64,000 bases of DNA from Podarcis pityusensis (Eukaryota), in assembly GCA_964106645.2 (NCBI GenBank), contig OZ067039.1. One strand, written 5' to 3'. The position numbers and the translations under genes are program-made. Numbering within the stretch: the stretch's first letter is position 1; every line of letters begins with the position of its first letter. Below are positions 1 to 12,998 of the stretch, piece by piece. The notes under the pieces were generated by a model that did no database searches, was not told where the DNA came from, and was given only the letters and a program-made list of their open reading frames with translations.

Positions 1-137
1 AGAGTGGCATTTTGTTTTGCAACTTATAAGTAGCATTGTTATGTATTGTTCTGTATAGCTGCCATAAATCAGTCAACATGAAAAGAAGGAGGCCACTAAT
101 TTTTGGCAGGTAAAATGACTGGTATCATACGCTAAAC

Positions 138-272
138 CAGGCTTCCTCAACCTCGGCCCTCCGATGTTTTGGGACTACAACCCCCATCATCCCTAGCTAG
201 CAGGACCAGTCGTCAGGGATGGTGGGAATTGTAGTCTCAAAACATCTGGAGGGCTGAGGTTGAGGAAGCGTG
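138..272. mobile_element. Palindromic hAT MITE (about 135 bp), family D
   Basis: CAGGCTTCCTCAACCTC...GAGGTTGAGGAAGCGTG. The whole element folds back on itself. Confidence 0.8.
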
Positions 273-581
273 TTGTAGAAGGTTTTCCTTCCAGCCTTTT
301 GGGGTCTTGTGGAGGAATTATATGACTTCTCACATATATTCTTTTCTTAAGTCATATTTTATAGTAGGATTATGTTTCAAATAGTATGCATGTGCATGTT
401 AGGAGAGAGGTGTTTCTTTGCCTTCCTGAAAGTGAAATGATACTTCCTTCCTTGGGCTCCATCTCTGGCTAGGCCTGTCACGCCAAGCGGTGAACTGTCC
501 ACCTGCTATTTTGCTGTGGTCAGATGTTGTCAGATGTTTCATGAAGTTACTGTGTCAGTAGAAACTTTTTGTTTCATTATA

Positions 582-815
582 CAGTGGTACCTCGGGTTAC
601 AGACGCTTCAGGTTACATACGCTTCAGGTTACAGACTCCACCAACCCAGAAACAGTACCTTGGGTTAAGAACTTTGCTTCAGGATGAGAACAGAAATTGT
701 GCGGCGGCGGCAGCTGGAGGCCCCATTAGCTAAATTGGTGCTTCAGGTTAAGAACAGTTTCAGGTTAAGAACGGACCTCCAAAACGAATTAAGTTCTTAA
801 CCAGAGGTACCACTG
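582..815 (+). mobile_element. Tc1/mariner (Tigger-like) MITE, family A
   Basis: TIR CAGTGGTACCTC(G)GGTTA, TA on both sides. Seven copies in the window. Confidence 0.88.
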
Positions 816-877
816 TAGTGTCATTAATGAAAACAAGAGTGAGGGCTGCTTGGCCTTAGCCCGTTAGTAGTGGGCAA

Positions 878-1350
878 AGATGGATGAATCTGTCCATTTT
901 AATTTCTCCCTCTTTCTCATTTTTTCTAGTCTTAAATTCAGTTCTCCATATTTCTGCAGCAATGTGCACTTATGAGAAAAAATAATCCTCATGAAAATTC
1001 ATAACCATTTTAGTGTGAATTTTTCCTAATAAACACATTTTTGAATGCACTTTCGTCTAATATGCACATTTGGTATGGAGTTTTGACTGATATACAGATC
1101 TTTACAAGCAATTTCCCCTAATGTAATGCATTTGTGTATGTTACTTCCACTAATTATATGCATCTGTATGCACACTTTCCCATAATTATATGCATTTTTG
1201 TCCAGATTGTTTTGTTGGAGAACTGTGTTGCAAAAATTTGGAGCTGTGTGAATTTTTGAAGGATGCTGTTTTAGTTCATATATTAGTTCAAGGTGTGCAA
1301 ATTAGGTAGTTTTGCATTAAAATGCAAATAAAACAAAATTGCTTCTCCAA
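878..1350. repeat. Old interspersed repeat with degenerate internal 30-35 bp units
   Basis: Recurring aatatgcacattt / atgcactttc-like units. Family unassigned. Confidence 0.45.
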
Positions 1351-2446
1351 GTTTGCCTAGCTGAGGTAAATTTAGCAACATACCAGAGCTTCTCTTATTG
1401 GCCACCTGCTTTATACCTGCAGGCACCTCACCTCTGAACAGTAGCTAATGGTAAAGGATACTGATTGTGAACACCCATGATCCCTCCTTGCTTGCAAAGA
1501 GTACCCCTTCTGTGCTGAATCTAATACTGACGATGCTTGGAGAATGGGTCACTCCGCTAGTTACTTGGCACAAATGCTGTTAAAAACTGAACTCTTTTTA
1601 AAAATAATAATTGCTCTTACTATATTTTATTTCCATTAACTGTCCCTCATGTGAAAAGCTAAAAAGGCAACAGTAAATTTTTTGCATTTATAGAAATCCT
1701 TTCCTAGCATTATTAAAAAGTTAAAATGATCAGTTGCACTTCTTTGAAAAGTTAAATTAATTGTTGCACAAAAACAGTTAATTTGTTTCTGTAATTATCA
1801 AAAGTATTAAACCTGTTGTCGATTAAAGTATTTTTGCTGTTACTGTTCTAATAACAACTAAGCAGCAACAACAATAAAATGAAGATGACTGGGCAATCCT
1901 AAAAATGCTTGACTGTTATATCACAATATTTGATCACTCAGTTGGCCAAGTTTCTTTTGCCCGGCTTAGGCCATCTCTGTTTTCTTTTCATTCTCATTCA
2001 ATCTGTGCTTTGTTAATAAAAAATAAATAAATCTCAGAGCATTCCCTGTTGGTTGATTTATGCCTGGAGCACTCCGTGTGTATTCCTGAGCCAAATGCCT
2101 TTTGCATTTCCATTGGAATTTGGCTATCTCCAGAAATGGCGATGACATTAGCATGGCTTAATTTGCGAGTGAGACTTGGTAATTCACATCTCAGACTCAG
2201 GAATGTGTGACAGTTTAGTAGCAGGCAGATCATTTTCATTGTCAGCAAACTGACTATAGTCTTGAAAGTGGATGGTGCGGAAGAATGAGTCCCAGGCGCT
2301 GGCTCTGAGCTGAGTATCTCCTGGTTCTGACTACTTGACTGGCAGGAGGTTTATGAAGTGCATAAAAATGGGACTCCTGTTCATACCTTTGAACTATGTG
2401 AGGGGTGGCTGAAAATTTCTCAGTCAAAACCCAACTTTATTCTGCT

Positions 2447-2770
2447 TAAAAGGTAAAGGGACCCCTGACCATTAGGTCCAGTCGTGGCCGACTCTGGGGT
2501 TGCGGCACTCTTCTCACTTTACTGGCCGAGGGAGCTGGCGTACAGTCATGTGGCCAGCATGACTAAGCCACTTATGGCAAACCAGAGCAGCGCATAGAAA
2601 CGCCGTTTACCTTCCCACTGGAGTGGTACCTATTTATCTACTTGCACTTTGACATGCTTTTGAACTGCTAGGTTGGCAGGAGTAGGGGACCGAGCAACGG
2701 GAGCTCACCCTGTCACAGGGATTTGAACCGCCGACCTTCTGATCGGCAAGTCCTAGGCTCTGTCGTTTAA
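2447..2770 (-). mobile_element. Sauria SINE (Squam1), 5' end missing
   Basis: Matches the other copies in the window and the recalled Sauria SINE consensus, including the (ACCTTT) tail. Confidence 0.88.
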
Positions 2771-3195
2771 TTTTCAGCCATCTCTTGCACATAGCTTGTT
2801 CCCAGGGGCCTTGCTGGGATTAGCTGATAAGGGATTCCATGATGCATGATATGAAATAAAACACCTCTCCCAAAAGACGCTAAGCTGGGCCAAAGAGAGA
2901 AGAGTTGGGTTGTAGGAATGGTTTCGTACAGGCACTGAGTTGGCTTTGCTTATTGGAGTTCCCTTTGGTGTTTGTCTCCATCTATGGTTTCTGGGGGGGG
3001 GGGTTTTGCAGTAGCTCTTTAGACCTGAGTACTCAGCTTAAATTTGTTTGGAACTTGTACTTGTTGAACCTTTGTGGAGCTGGGTGGCTGTTTTCCTGAA
3101 AGTTGAGATGTTTTCTGTCTAGCATCTCCACCATCCTAGGCGGTGTAGTTTGTGTATGGTTACACCCCTTTGTGGAGAAGTTTATAGGCCACCTG

Positions 3196-4277
3196 AGGAA
3201 AAATCGAAACTAGAGTCAGAATTGTTGGAACCAAAGACCAAGGTACTTTCGAGAATGTATAACTTGCTGCTTAAATGGAACACTCAGGATGAGACAGTCA
3301 AATCAGCCATGATAAAATGGGCTCAGGACATTGGGTACAACATTATGTTTGAGGACTGGGAAAGGTTATGGACCACTGGTATGAAATTCACGGCATGTAA
3401 TGCCTTGAAAGAGAATATTATGAAAATGATATACAGGTGGTACATGACCCCAGTCAAGCTTGCTAAGATATATCACTTGTCTGATAATAAATGTTGGAAA
3501 TGTAAGGAGGCTGAAGGGACATTCTTTCACCTCTGGTGGACTTGTCCAAAAGTGAAGGTCTTCTGGGAAATGATATATAATGAGTTAAAGAAGGTGTTTA
3601 AGTACACCTTTCCCAAGAAACCAGAGGCCTTTCTATTGGGCATTGTCGGCCAGAAGGTGTTAAAGAAGGATAGAACCTTTTTTATGTATGCAACTACAGC
3701 AGCAAGGATTCTCATCGCAAAATACTGGAAGACCCAAGATTTACCCACACTGGAAGAGTGGCAGACGCAATTGATGGACTACATGGAATTGGCCGAGATG
3801 ACTGCCAGGATCCGAGATTTGGGAGAAGAAGCAATAGAGGAGGATTGGAAAAAATTTAAAGATTATTTACAAAAATTTTATAAGTTATATGAATGTTAAG
3901 AATTCGCATGATTAGGGAAATTCAGCTCCAGCAATAAGATTAAGGTATGGGAAACTAAGTTATATAAAGGAAGGACTAATGTTTAAAAGAATATTATATA
4001 TGTTATTAGTGTAAATTGAAAATAAGTATTTTAAATGTAAACCACAAGTATTTGAAAGAACAAAAGAATGTACGAAATAAGGTTATAATTTGCTGAAAAA
4101 CTTTATTGTAAAGAACGCACGGTGAGGGAGACGTGGGGAAGTCCGGTTGGTTATGAAAAAATGCTTTGAAAGAATGACCTTTTTCTTTTTCTTTTTCTTT
4201 TCTGTTATTTCTTTGTATAACTGACTTTGTATTTCTATTTGGAAAAAAAGCAATAAAAAATATTTAAAAAAAAAAAA
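3196..4277 (+). mobile_element. 5'-truncated L1-clade LINE (ORF2 C-terminus, 3' UTR, polyA)
   Basis: Frame open to the stop at 3899, with the CWKCKEAEGTFFHLWWTC knuckle. AATAAA near 4252 and an A-tail. 21-bp TSD GAGAAGTTTATAGGCCACCTG at 3175-3195 and 4278-4298. Confidence 0.9.
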
Positions 4278-4963
4278 GAGAAGTTTATAGGCCACCTGCA
4301 AGGCAGAGTTATAAGATAACTAGGTGGGAGCAGGTAGATGGAATGAGTTCCAAAAGGCCAGAAAGAAAGCAAACATGGTACTCCCCCCCCCCCCCCGGAA
4401 AAGTACTAAGAACAATACAGCAGTTATAAATACTGTATGTACCTTGGTTTGAATGGCTGGTAGGTTTCTGGAAAAATGAATAAAACAATCAAATTGTGAA
4501 GACTTAGCTTGAAAACATAGGAAGGGGAGGGTAAAAGCTAATGCGGTTCTACTAAGAACAAGTCTACAAACCCACATTTTGAAGGACAGGACTAGAATTC
4601 AAAACTCTCTTCCCCCCGGTACAGATACTTCCCCCCAGGATTGTCACATTTTCTGACATTAGAGGTTGGTTTGAAATTTTTTTATAGAGAACTGCAGTCA
4701 AAAGAAATGGATCTTGCCCATATGTATCTTTCATTTGTTTATGGTTGTCTTGAGGACAGAGCCCAGATGTCAGGAAAGATACGGAGCTACCACTGTTACT
4801 TGGGGGAGGGAACATTGCTCAACACAGAAGAGTTCTCAGGTTCAGTTCCTGGCATTTCCAGTTCAAAAGGATCACAGGTAGGCAGAACCCCCAACTTAGG
4901 ACCCTGGCCAGAGTATGCAGAACTAGGGTAGAAGGATAAATTGTGTGACTCTGATATAAGGGT

Positions 4964-5015
4964 CTTCCCCTTCCCCTTCCCCTTCCCCTTCCCCTTCCCC
5001 TTCCCCCTCCCCCTT
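4964..5015. repeat. (TTCCCC)n simple repeat
   Basis: Read directly. Confidence 0.9.
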
Positions 5016-7511
5016 AATGTTTTCTATTACCTGTCTATGTAGGCTAATGGTTCCTTACGACTCAGGAGGAAGGAGAAATTTGATTCAGTTTGGCTGGGAA
5101 CTGCAGCACAAGGGGCATTGCTAGAATACTAGCCCTGTACTTGGTGCTTTGAGTTGTGAAAAACGTTAGGGCTACCAAAGCACTTATTTCTCACCTCCCC
5201 ATCAGCTGACACATTCAATGCAGAATTGAACCCCACCCTCCTGCCCATCCGCTGATGTCATGAGTAGTGTCAGCTGACTGAGGGGTGGGTGCTGTTTTGG
5301 AAAAATGGCCTTATGGGTCAAATTGGACCCCTCTGGCAGGCCAGGATTAGGCTGCAAGCTTCCCACCCCTGGGGTAAATCATGAAGGGCTTTTGCCATAG
5401 TGGAACCATAAGCAACTGCCTGGCACTGACACCAGTTTATTTATTTTGTTTATATTCCATGGTGTAATTGACAGTGACATCCATAGGTTTTGCACATAGT
5501 CTGTATCCAGGCACTAGCCAAGCCTTAGACCTGCCAAGCTTCAGCAAGGTTGCTGCATTATGTGCCCCATGACTAGACTGAGAATTCCAGAATGTTGCTG
5601 ATCCCTTTTGAAAGTAAGGCTCAAAGACAGCTGTTTGTCAGTGGCTTAAAGACCTCTTGGGATCAGCCACACTCCAGAGTTTCTGATCAAGATCTTGGCT
5701 CTGGAGTGTATCTGATTCCAGATGAAAGCAGGGCTTGAAAGCAGCACCAACCAAGTTGGTTGGCTGGAATCTTGCTTTGCAGTAAGTCTTGAACTCAAGC
5801 CATGCTGCAGAGTGAAAACGGTCCACCTGACAGCGTGGGGATATAGGTGACTGATAGGTGGCCAGCCCCACCCACCTGTCAAAGTGACCCACTAGGGATG
5901 GAGGATCTTGGGATCTGGCCCACCAGCTAGATCCTGTCCCTCACCCTGCCTCCATCCATGCATACACTCAACAAGAGCTGGTATTTCTGTCCCCGTCTAC
6001 ATCAGGGAAACTGTCCCAAGCAAGGAGAAGAGCAGAATTGAATGTGTTGATGGTGGCTGTTCTTGTTTGCTCATGGATCCAGCATCTTAAAGCTGAGAAT
6101 CTGATTTGGCTTAGGGCTCTATAAATAACTTTCTTTGGTCATTGCTTCCTCGTTCCTCCTAGGCCCTAGGGGGAGGTAGGAGTTGGAACATTAGGGCATC
6201 AATAAGGCATGGATTAAGTCAGGAAAGGTTTGGAGCAACGTGGCTGATAAGTGACAGGTAGCTGCTATTGCTACATCAACCGTTTACCTTAAATAGGTTA
6301 TTTATAGGCTTGGATATGGGCCAAAAATAGTTGGCAACCTTTGTGTGTGCTGTAGGACAGTATGTGCTCTTAATGCAGCAGTGTTTTTCTGTCTATAAAA
6401 TTGTTGCAGGTTGGTTGGTTGGATGGATGGTTGTGGAGGGAAGCGGCAGAGAACATTTCATGTCACTGTTATTGGCTTCTCTGCATATGGCACGGGGAAG
6501 AAACATATAGCAAGTCCCAGAACTATTACTTCATCAGAAATGCAACCTTGTTTTAAAAGCACAGTGTGGGTGAGTTGCTTGTTGTGAGCATTTTTTAGTG
6601 CCACGGGTAATAAACAAAGGCTGAAATATTGATTTTGTTGGAAGAATGTGAACCATGTGTTCTGAGTGTTTGGATGCAAAAATATATTTTCTTATTGGAA
6701 TACCGGTGGGAGGGAGTTTGAGGACTTCTGGTTTGAATCTGCCCAGCACAAGTGTGATAGAGAGGTGTTTGAATGCCCTTTTGTACTCCTTCATGTAAGG
6801 GAAAGAATGATGAGAGCATAGATTCCCCGCCCTGACATTTTCAATGTGTGGTTAGGGGCTGGAGTAGGAAATCTAAGCTGCATTAGTGATTGTGAATTGA
6901 GGGTGGTGCTTTGTTCTGTACAGCTTCAGAGACTGCATAGCAATGCCATGTTCACATGAATAATTGCTGCAGCTTAACAAACTCTTAATGTGTTTTGCCT
7001 TGAACCTATATGCATTTTCTTGAAATTAAGTCCCATTGATTTCAGTAGAGCTAACTTCCAAATCAATGTGTTTTGGCACATATGCACTTAGGCGCATAAA
7101 TCGCCCACTTTCTTTGTTATCACTGAGACTGCATTCGTATGAAAAGATTTGCAGGCTGCGTTAGGTATTCCAAAAGGGTTATTCAGAAAGATTACTTTGC
7201 AGAGTTCATGTGTTCATTATTCACAGGAACACATTTTCCACAAGGAGGACCATATTTGCAGAAGTCATGTTTGTCAGCTGACTCCAGAGTGTATCTCTCT
7301 TCTACTTTTCAGAGGGGGAGATGCTTCTTTTCTTTTTAGTGAAACACGGGACGCCTTAGAAGGAGTGGAGCAGGTTTGGTTCTGGTAACATCATTTATGT
7401 AAACCACACTGTTTGGGAAATAAGGTACTGTCATGAGTCTACTACTGTCATGATTTGCGCAAAACAGCCCAGATCAGTTATAGAATTGTTGCTTGACAGA
7501 AGGCTCTTATT

Positions 7512-7819
7512 CACGGGTGTCAAACACAAGGCCTGTGGGCTGAATCTGGCCCGCCAGACCTCGTCATATGGCCCGTGTAGCCGCCACTGGCTGCCAGCCT
7601 TCACCTTTTATTCTCACTTTTTTTTTTTGACACAAGAAAGCCGCCTCTTCAGCGCATGCGCGGCAGCCTACAAGCCAGAGAACGTCTGCCCTCTAGCAGC
7701 GCCGGCCGTTCTACACAGGAAACCTCCACTTTACACATAGTCCTACAGATACAACCGGCCCTTTGAGGGTGACCAAACTGCTGATGCGGCCCCCGATGAA
7801 TTTGAGTTTGACACCCCTG
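7512..7819. mobile_element. Non-autonomous hAT (Charlie-like)
   Basis: TIR CA(C/G)GGGTGTCAAAC, 8-bp TSD ctcttatt/ctcttgtt. Confidence 0.82.
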
Positions 7820-9684
7820 CTCTTGTTTGTACCTTGATGACTTGACGGATATCATAAACATGCAGTAGGCAGAGTTGGCCAATCCCAGGTCCTATTATGT
7901 CTCAGAGCCATTTAGGAGCTACTTGGTGAGCACGAGATCCTTTCTTACCAAGGGTCTTGGGCAGACGGAGTCTCTTGAATTCCAAGGCAAAGCACAATGA
8001 AATTTAGAGCAAAAACATTTAATTCAAAAGAAACAAGCAGAATAGAAAACCAAATAAAATAAGAATGCAGAAAAGCAATTTCTACTATTCTTGAGCTAAT
8101 CGCTATTCCACAGAGGAGGCAAAACAATTTGGAGCATGTTTACTTTAATTTACAGTGTCAGAAAAATCAGTTTTCTGTGTAGAAACACAAAACCCCTGAC
8201 ACATATCCAGTGAGAACAGTCCCAAGGATGTTCATCTTTTATATTACCACTGAGAGCCCATTGTAATCCACAGAAGTAATTGCCAAGCCTTTTGATGTGG
8301 AAATAATATTTCCCATTTCCCTTATTCCATCTGCATTCTTTCCTAACAACACTTGAGTTAGATGCAAGGGCATATTCCATCCAAAGTTAAGGACTGTTAA
8401 CTCCTATTGATTTCAATAACAGTGTTCAGCACAGACATGAGTTTCTCCCACTGAAACAAACAGGATCTAAAATTGCTTGACCATGGCTTGATTATGTGGC
8501 AAGTGTTAACCAAACCCATTTTTGCTGGATCTCCATATCAGTATTGACTGTTGAGAGTTATGTGATGTCTGTCTGGATCTTATTTGTTTTCTTGGTGAAA
8601 TATTTTTGAGTTACACTTCTGTTGTTATTGTGCTTCACTTTCAACTGAAAAAAGGAAAAAAGACTCATAAATTGTAAATCACAGAGTGGTGTGACCACAT
8701 TTGTCTGGTACCGCAAAGATAAAAAAAGAATCTTGTGCTCTCATTTTTAGATCTTTGGCGCCAGTTTCCCCTGTGCTGGGTTTCGGCTGTTTTTATTCTG
8801 ATTTTATTATGGTTCTCATGGTTTTATGTCGGTTATATTGCTATTTTTAAATATATGTATCATATTATTTGATTGTGTTTTTGCATTTTATTGATTCATA
8901 ACTTCCGAAGCCACCCAGGGAACTTTGTTGATACATAAATAATATTTATTGTAGAGTAAGCTTTCGTGGATTCATTAAGTGAGAGTGTTATAAACGCTCA
9001 TAATATTGTAACATTCAAGATCCTTTTCAGCAGCAGACATAGATTAACAAAAGGAGAATTTTAGCAGAAATACATAAATGTCTTTAGAGAATATCAAACA
9101 GTATTTTTTCAGCAAATGGAAACACAGGTTTAGCATTTCAATGGCACAGTAGCAGCTTGAGTTCCAAGGGGGATTAAGATATGTATACAGTTAAACACTT
9201 GTCACTGATACCTTTTCTTTAAAGAGAAATTGCTTCCTTCTCAATGAAAGAAGTATAGGGGTTAACATGTGCTAAGGGTTTGATAAAATGAAATAACTAT
9301 AAGAAGGGGAATGAAAGTAGGAGGAAGCAGCAGTGATATGTACTAATTTTAAAGAGCCCCTCTTTAAAAATAAATACTTGTGTTAACTGCTTATTCATGA
9401 GAATTCTGTTAGAATATCTTCCTTAGAGAGCATTACTGATCCTTTGCTAGGAAACAGAGCAGAAGAGAGTTCTGGGTCATCCTCCTTCACTGAACATGCA
9501 TTTCCTTAAGAGGAAAAAAAAATGGGACAAGAACTTCTGCTTGTAAAGAATATTTGAACAGTACTGTACTGAAGGAAGATGACTGTAGCAGAGTACAATA
9601 CAGCCGTTGTTTGATCCTGGCCTATCAGTTTTAGACAGCCAAATATCCTACCTCTGATAATAGCATCGCCCTAATGTTTCAGAT

Positions 9685-9901
9685 AGAACGCAGGTGGCGC
9701 TGTGGTCTAAACCACAGAGCCTAGGGCTTGCCGATCAGAAGGTCAGCAGTTCGAATCCCCGCGACGGGGTGAGCTCCCGTTGCTTGGTCCCTGCTCCTGC
9801 CAACCTAGCAGTTTGAAAGCACGTCAAAGTGCAAGTAGATAAATAGGTACCGCTCCGGCGGGAAGGTAAACGGTGTTTAACCCACAGCGCCACCCGCGTC
9901 C
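9685..9901 (+). mobile_element. Rearranged Sauria SINE: 5' half followed by an inverted 5' head
   Basis: Forward head to about 9878, then gtttaacccacagcgccacccgcgtcc, the reverse complement of the head. Confidence 0.85.
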
Positions 9902-11309
9902 AGAGATATTCTATACACCCCTCCAAACACAATGCGTATTTAAGTGCTAAGGGTAGGTTGTACTAAGCATTGTTGTTTGTGAATACAAAGAGATAGAGAC
10001 AGACATTAAACAGCAGCTCAGTTCCCAAAATACAGGGCAGATTTCCAAAGCAATGCTGAGCACATGTTGCTAGGTCCTTTGGATTTCCAGGTGTTCAAGA
10101 TTTTCAAATACTTTGCTTTTGGAGCACTGAGTAAACCGAGGACAGAACTGCATTGGAAATAAATCATTGTAGAAAACTTAGTGGAACTGTGACGATTTTT
10201 GATGGGATTTGCGCTTTTGCTGTAAAGGTTTTTTTGCTACGGAGGGGAATGGGGGAGTTGGGGGTGCAGGTAGAAAATGACTTGTGGCATCAAAGCTGCA
10301 TCAAAGAAGTTCACCATGGAGTGGTTGGCAGGACAAGGGTACATTTCTTTGTTTCTGGGCAGTTTCTTGCTGCAGTGCTGAGAACAGTTTGCTTTGCAAG
10401 CACTGCACTGCAGCAGCAGCAGTAGGAGCAGCAGCAAAAGGTTGATTCCTCTTGGATGTTCATGGCCTTAGAGATTAAAGTAGAGATCTGTTAAAAGGAA
10501 GAAGGGGAAAGATCTATATTGTGTGGCTGTTTGGGTGGTGCATTTTTTTTTAGCTGACATGTCTCTGGCCCTTGATGCTCTTTCTTGCTCTTTCCCCCCC
10601 CCACCCCGCCCCTTCTTCAGCCTGGCACGGGTGATTACCTTTTGGATGATGACAATACAAATCCCTGTCAAAGCAAATTAAGAGAAATTAATACAAGAGT
10701 TTTGAAATGGCTCAGATCTCTGGAATTGTTCAGAGCACAAATTATGAGTCATGCAATCCTGCCTTTCCCTGGCTGTACGGAATGCAGTGAGCTGAAAAGC
10801 CCTGGGTGCTGGAGTGTGGAAATGATTGTTTGCTCTGGCCATTGCACTGAACTTGCTGTGTTTTGTGCAAAAAAGGCTTTGGATGTATGAAGTTTGCAGG
10901 CCTTGTTCATAGGGTGGCCACTTATGCATCAAAACCATCCCCAAAGAAAATACATCACCAACAGAAGAGAGAGTGCATATTTGCATAAAATCTGCATGTG
11001 CCAGTTTTTATGCGCGTATGCAAATATTAAGATGGTTACTCTGATTTGTAGGGAAGACTGTGACCAGTTGACCTGTGTGCCTGCTCAGTTTGCATTCAGG
11101 TGCTAACTGTTCTTGGACAAGTTCAAGGCCCATGCTACTCTCACTGAATAGAAGACTTTCCTCTGTAAAGTAAGAGACATGGCCACCCTTGTTTGCACTA
11201 GTAGGCCCTGGTGCAACTTGATGTTCACATAGCATCTCAATGAGCCTCATCTGAATGTAGCTACATCCTCCCACCCTCTCTCTTAAGTATGGACAGGGGA
11301 GGAAGCCAC

Positions 11310-12073
11310 TGTTATAAGAAAAAAAACCTGCTCCCTGTCCCTATGGGGTAACCAAGAGCTCGTATAGAGTCCTTATGTTTATTGGCAGGAGAAAATAACA
11401 GAGGCTAACCAGAGTATATTGAGAAGCAAGGCAGATGGTAGGCCTGATCTTTATTAACTATTGCAACAGGGTGCTCACAACCACATGCAGGAGGAACTCA
11501 GAACAATGGTGCGCAAGCCCTTATACAGACATTTGAAATTGCCCACCCTGGAGCCCAAGACCACTCCTCAATACATCATACATACATCACAGAAGGGGCG
11601 GTCTACAACAGAATCCTGTCTGGCAGGAAACTTGTTGATGGGTTTACCTGGCTGTTAATGGGTTTACCTGGGCAGCCTGGCTATTCTTTTGTGATGATAA
11701 AGACTTAAAACAAAAATAAAAAATAAAAAATCCTTCCAGTAGCACCTTAGAGACCAACTGTTATTGGTCTGAGCTTTCGTGTAAATGCACACTTCTTCAA
11801 ATAAATACTTAATTCCTGAGTCCAGGTCACAGGCTCACCCTATTCATATCTGAAATGTGCCCTTAGGGCAGGATTTGTGACCAAAGAGAGAATGGGGAGG
11901 TTTTTCCCATTTCCTACCTCCTTGCAGAGAAACATTTGAGGTCAATTTGGGAGAGACAAAATGGTTTCAGGACTCTTTTTCCTGTACTGTTTCAGACATG
12001 TGGTTTATATATTTATGTATGTGTTTGCTTGGTATATTTATTTTATCTCTTAGACCTTATAATTCTCATAACA
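11310..12073 (-). mobile_element. Solo LTR (ERV- or Gypsy-type)
   Basis: Termini TGTTATAAGAA...TTCTCATAACA form an inverted repeat with TG..CA ends. Flanks CCAC/CCGC. Minus-strand AATAAA near 11450 and TATAAG near 11520. Confidence 0.68.
11709..11800. mobile_element. Penelope-like element fragment nested in the solo LTR
   Basis: tccagtagcaccttagagaccaac...gagctttcgtg...gcacacttcttca resembles recalled reptile Penelope terminal repeats. Flanked by ataaagacttaa / ataaatacttaa. Confidence 0.62.
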
Positions 12074-12863
12074 CCGCCGTACTCAGAGTCCAAAGCAGAC
12101 TCATCTGATTCAATCCAGGTGGATTATGAACCAAATTAGATCAATGGCCCATTTCAGAATCCACATTCCAGCAGATTCCTTTCTATGGTAGAGCCATGTT
12201 TTTTCAGTACAATTTCCTGGGAGAGCAATTGAATGTCATCAAATCCTGTTGGCTCCCAAGGGGACTTGCTGTATATGTATTCAAAGTGTGCGGCAGACAT
12301 TCTAGGCTGTAGGTGGCTGCATGCCATGATTTTGAAGCTTAAAGGGGGGGGGGGGCTTCCCAGACCTTGCAAATCCACCCAAATCCAAAGCTGCGTGTTA
12401 TGTATATGGGCATCAGTTGCTTGCCTTCTTGTTTTTCAGTTTAAAAATTTACTTTGAGAAATAGCAATGAACACTTAATTTAAATCTAAACTTTTCTCTT
12501 TTATTTTCTTATTAGTATTCTAACAACAGCCTTTGAGATAAACTGAAGGTGCTTTGGCATGGAAGTGAGCAGCACACATTTCCTGTGCACCTTTCCCCTG
12601 GAAAATTATCTCTCTTCCCTCTTGCCAAGCAGCACTGATAATCTGGTATCAAATTGCCCGAACGGTAGCTGTGCCAAATGTGCTGTGTAGATCTCTTGAT
12701 TAAGTTATCTGTTGGATATGAAGCTGATAGGAAATAGATCCAGTTTTTATTTGTTACAGCTACAGTATGTAGGAGGTAGAAAAATGAATGAGAAGACACG
12801 ATGTCTTTGGATTCACTAGACCCTAACAAGGCTAACACTGTGCTGCGTAGCCAGACAGAACAG

Positions 12864-12998
12864 TAGAATCATAGAATTGTAGAACTGAAAGGGACTCTGA
12901 GGATTATCTAGTTCAACCCTGCAATGTGGGAATATGCAGCTGTCCCATACAGGGATCGAACCTGCAACCTTGGCATTATCAGTAACCCAACTGAGATA
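12864..12998 (-). mobile_element. SINE with tRNA-Ile-like head and CR1-type tail
   Basis: Minus strand: ctcagttggg...ctgataatgccaaggttgcaggttcgatccctgtatgggaca, then ttgaactagataatcc...ttctacaattctatgattct. Confidence 0.7.

Noticed and set aside
3150-3899. 249-aa ORF as a host gene
   Set aside because: It is the ORF2 C-terminus of a truncated LINE. The listed start is a TTG in flanking DNA upstream of the TSD.
6070-6095. TCCAGCATC, the start of miR-338-3p (an AATK intronic miRNA)
   Set aside because: Only 9 nt match and there is no hairpin. I did not see miR-338 in the window, and it is expected in a more 3' intron.
10400-10640. Short CAG run and an ATG followed by C-rich sequence as possible AATK exon 1
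   Set aside because: No FFNPSFAFSSHFDP-like peptide and no strong in-phase donor.
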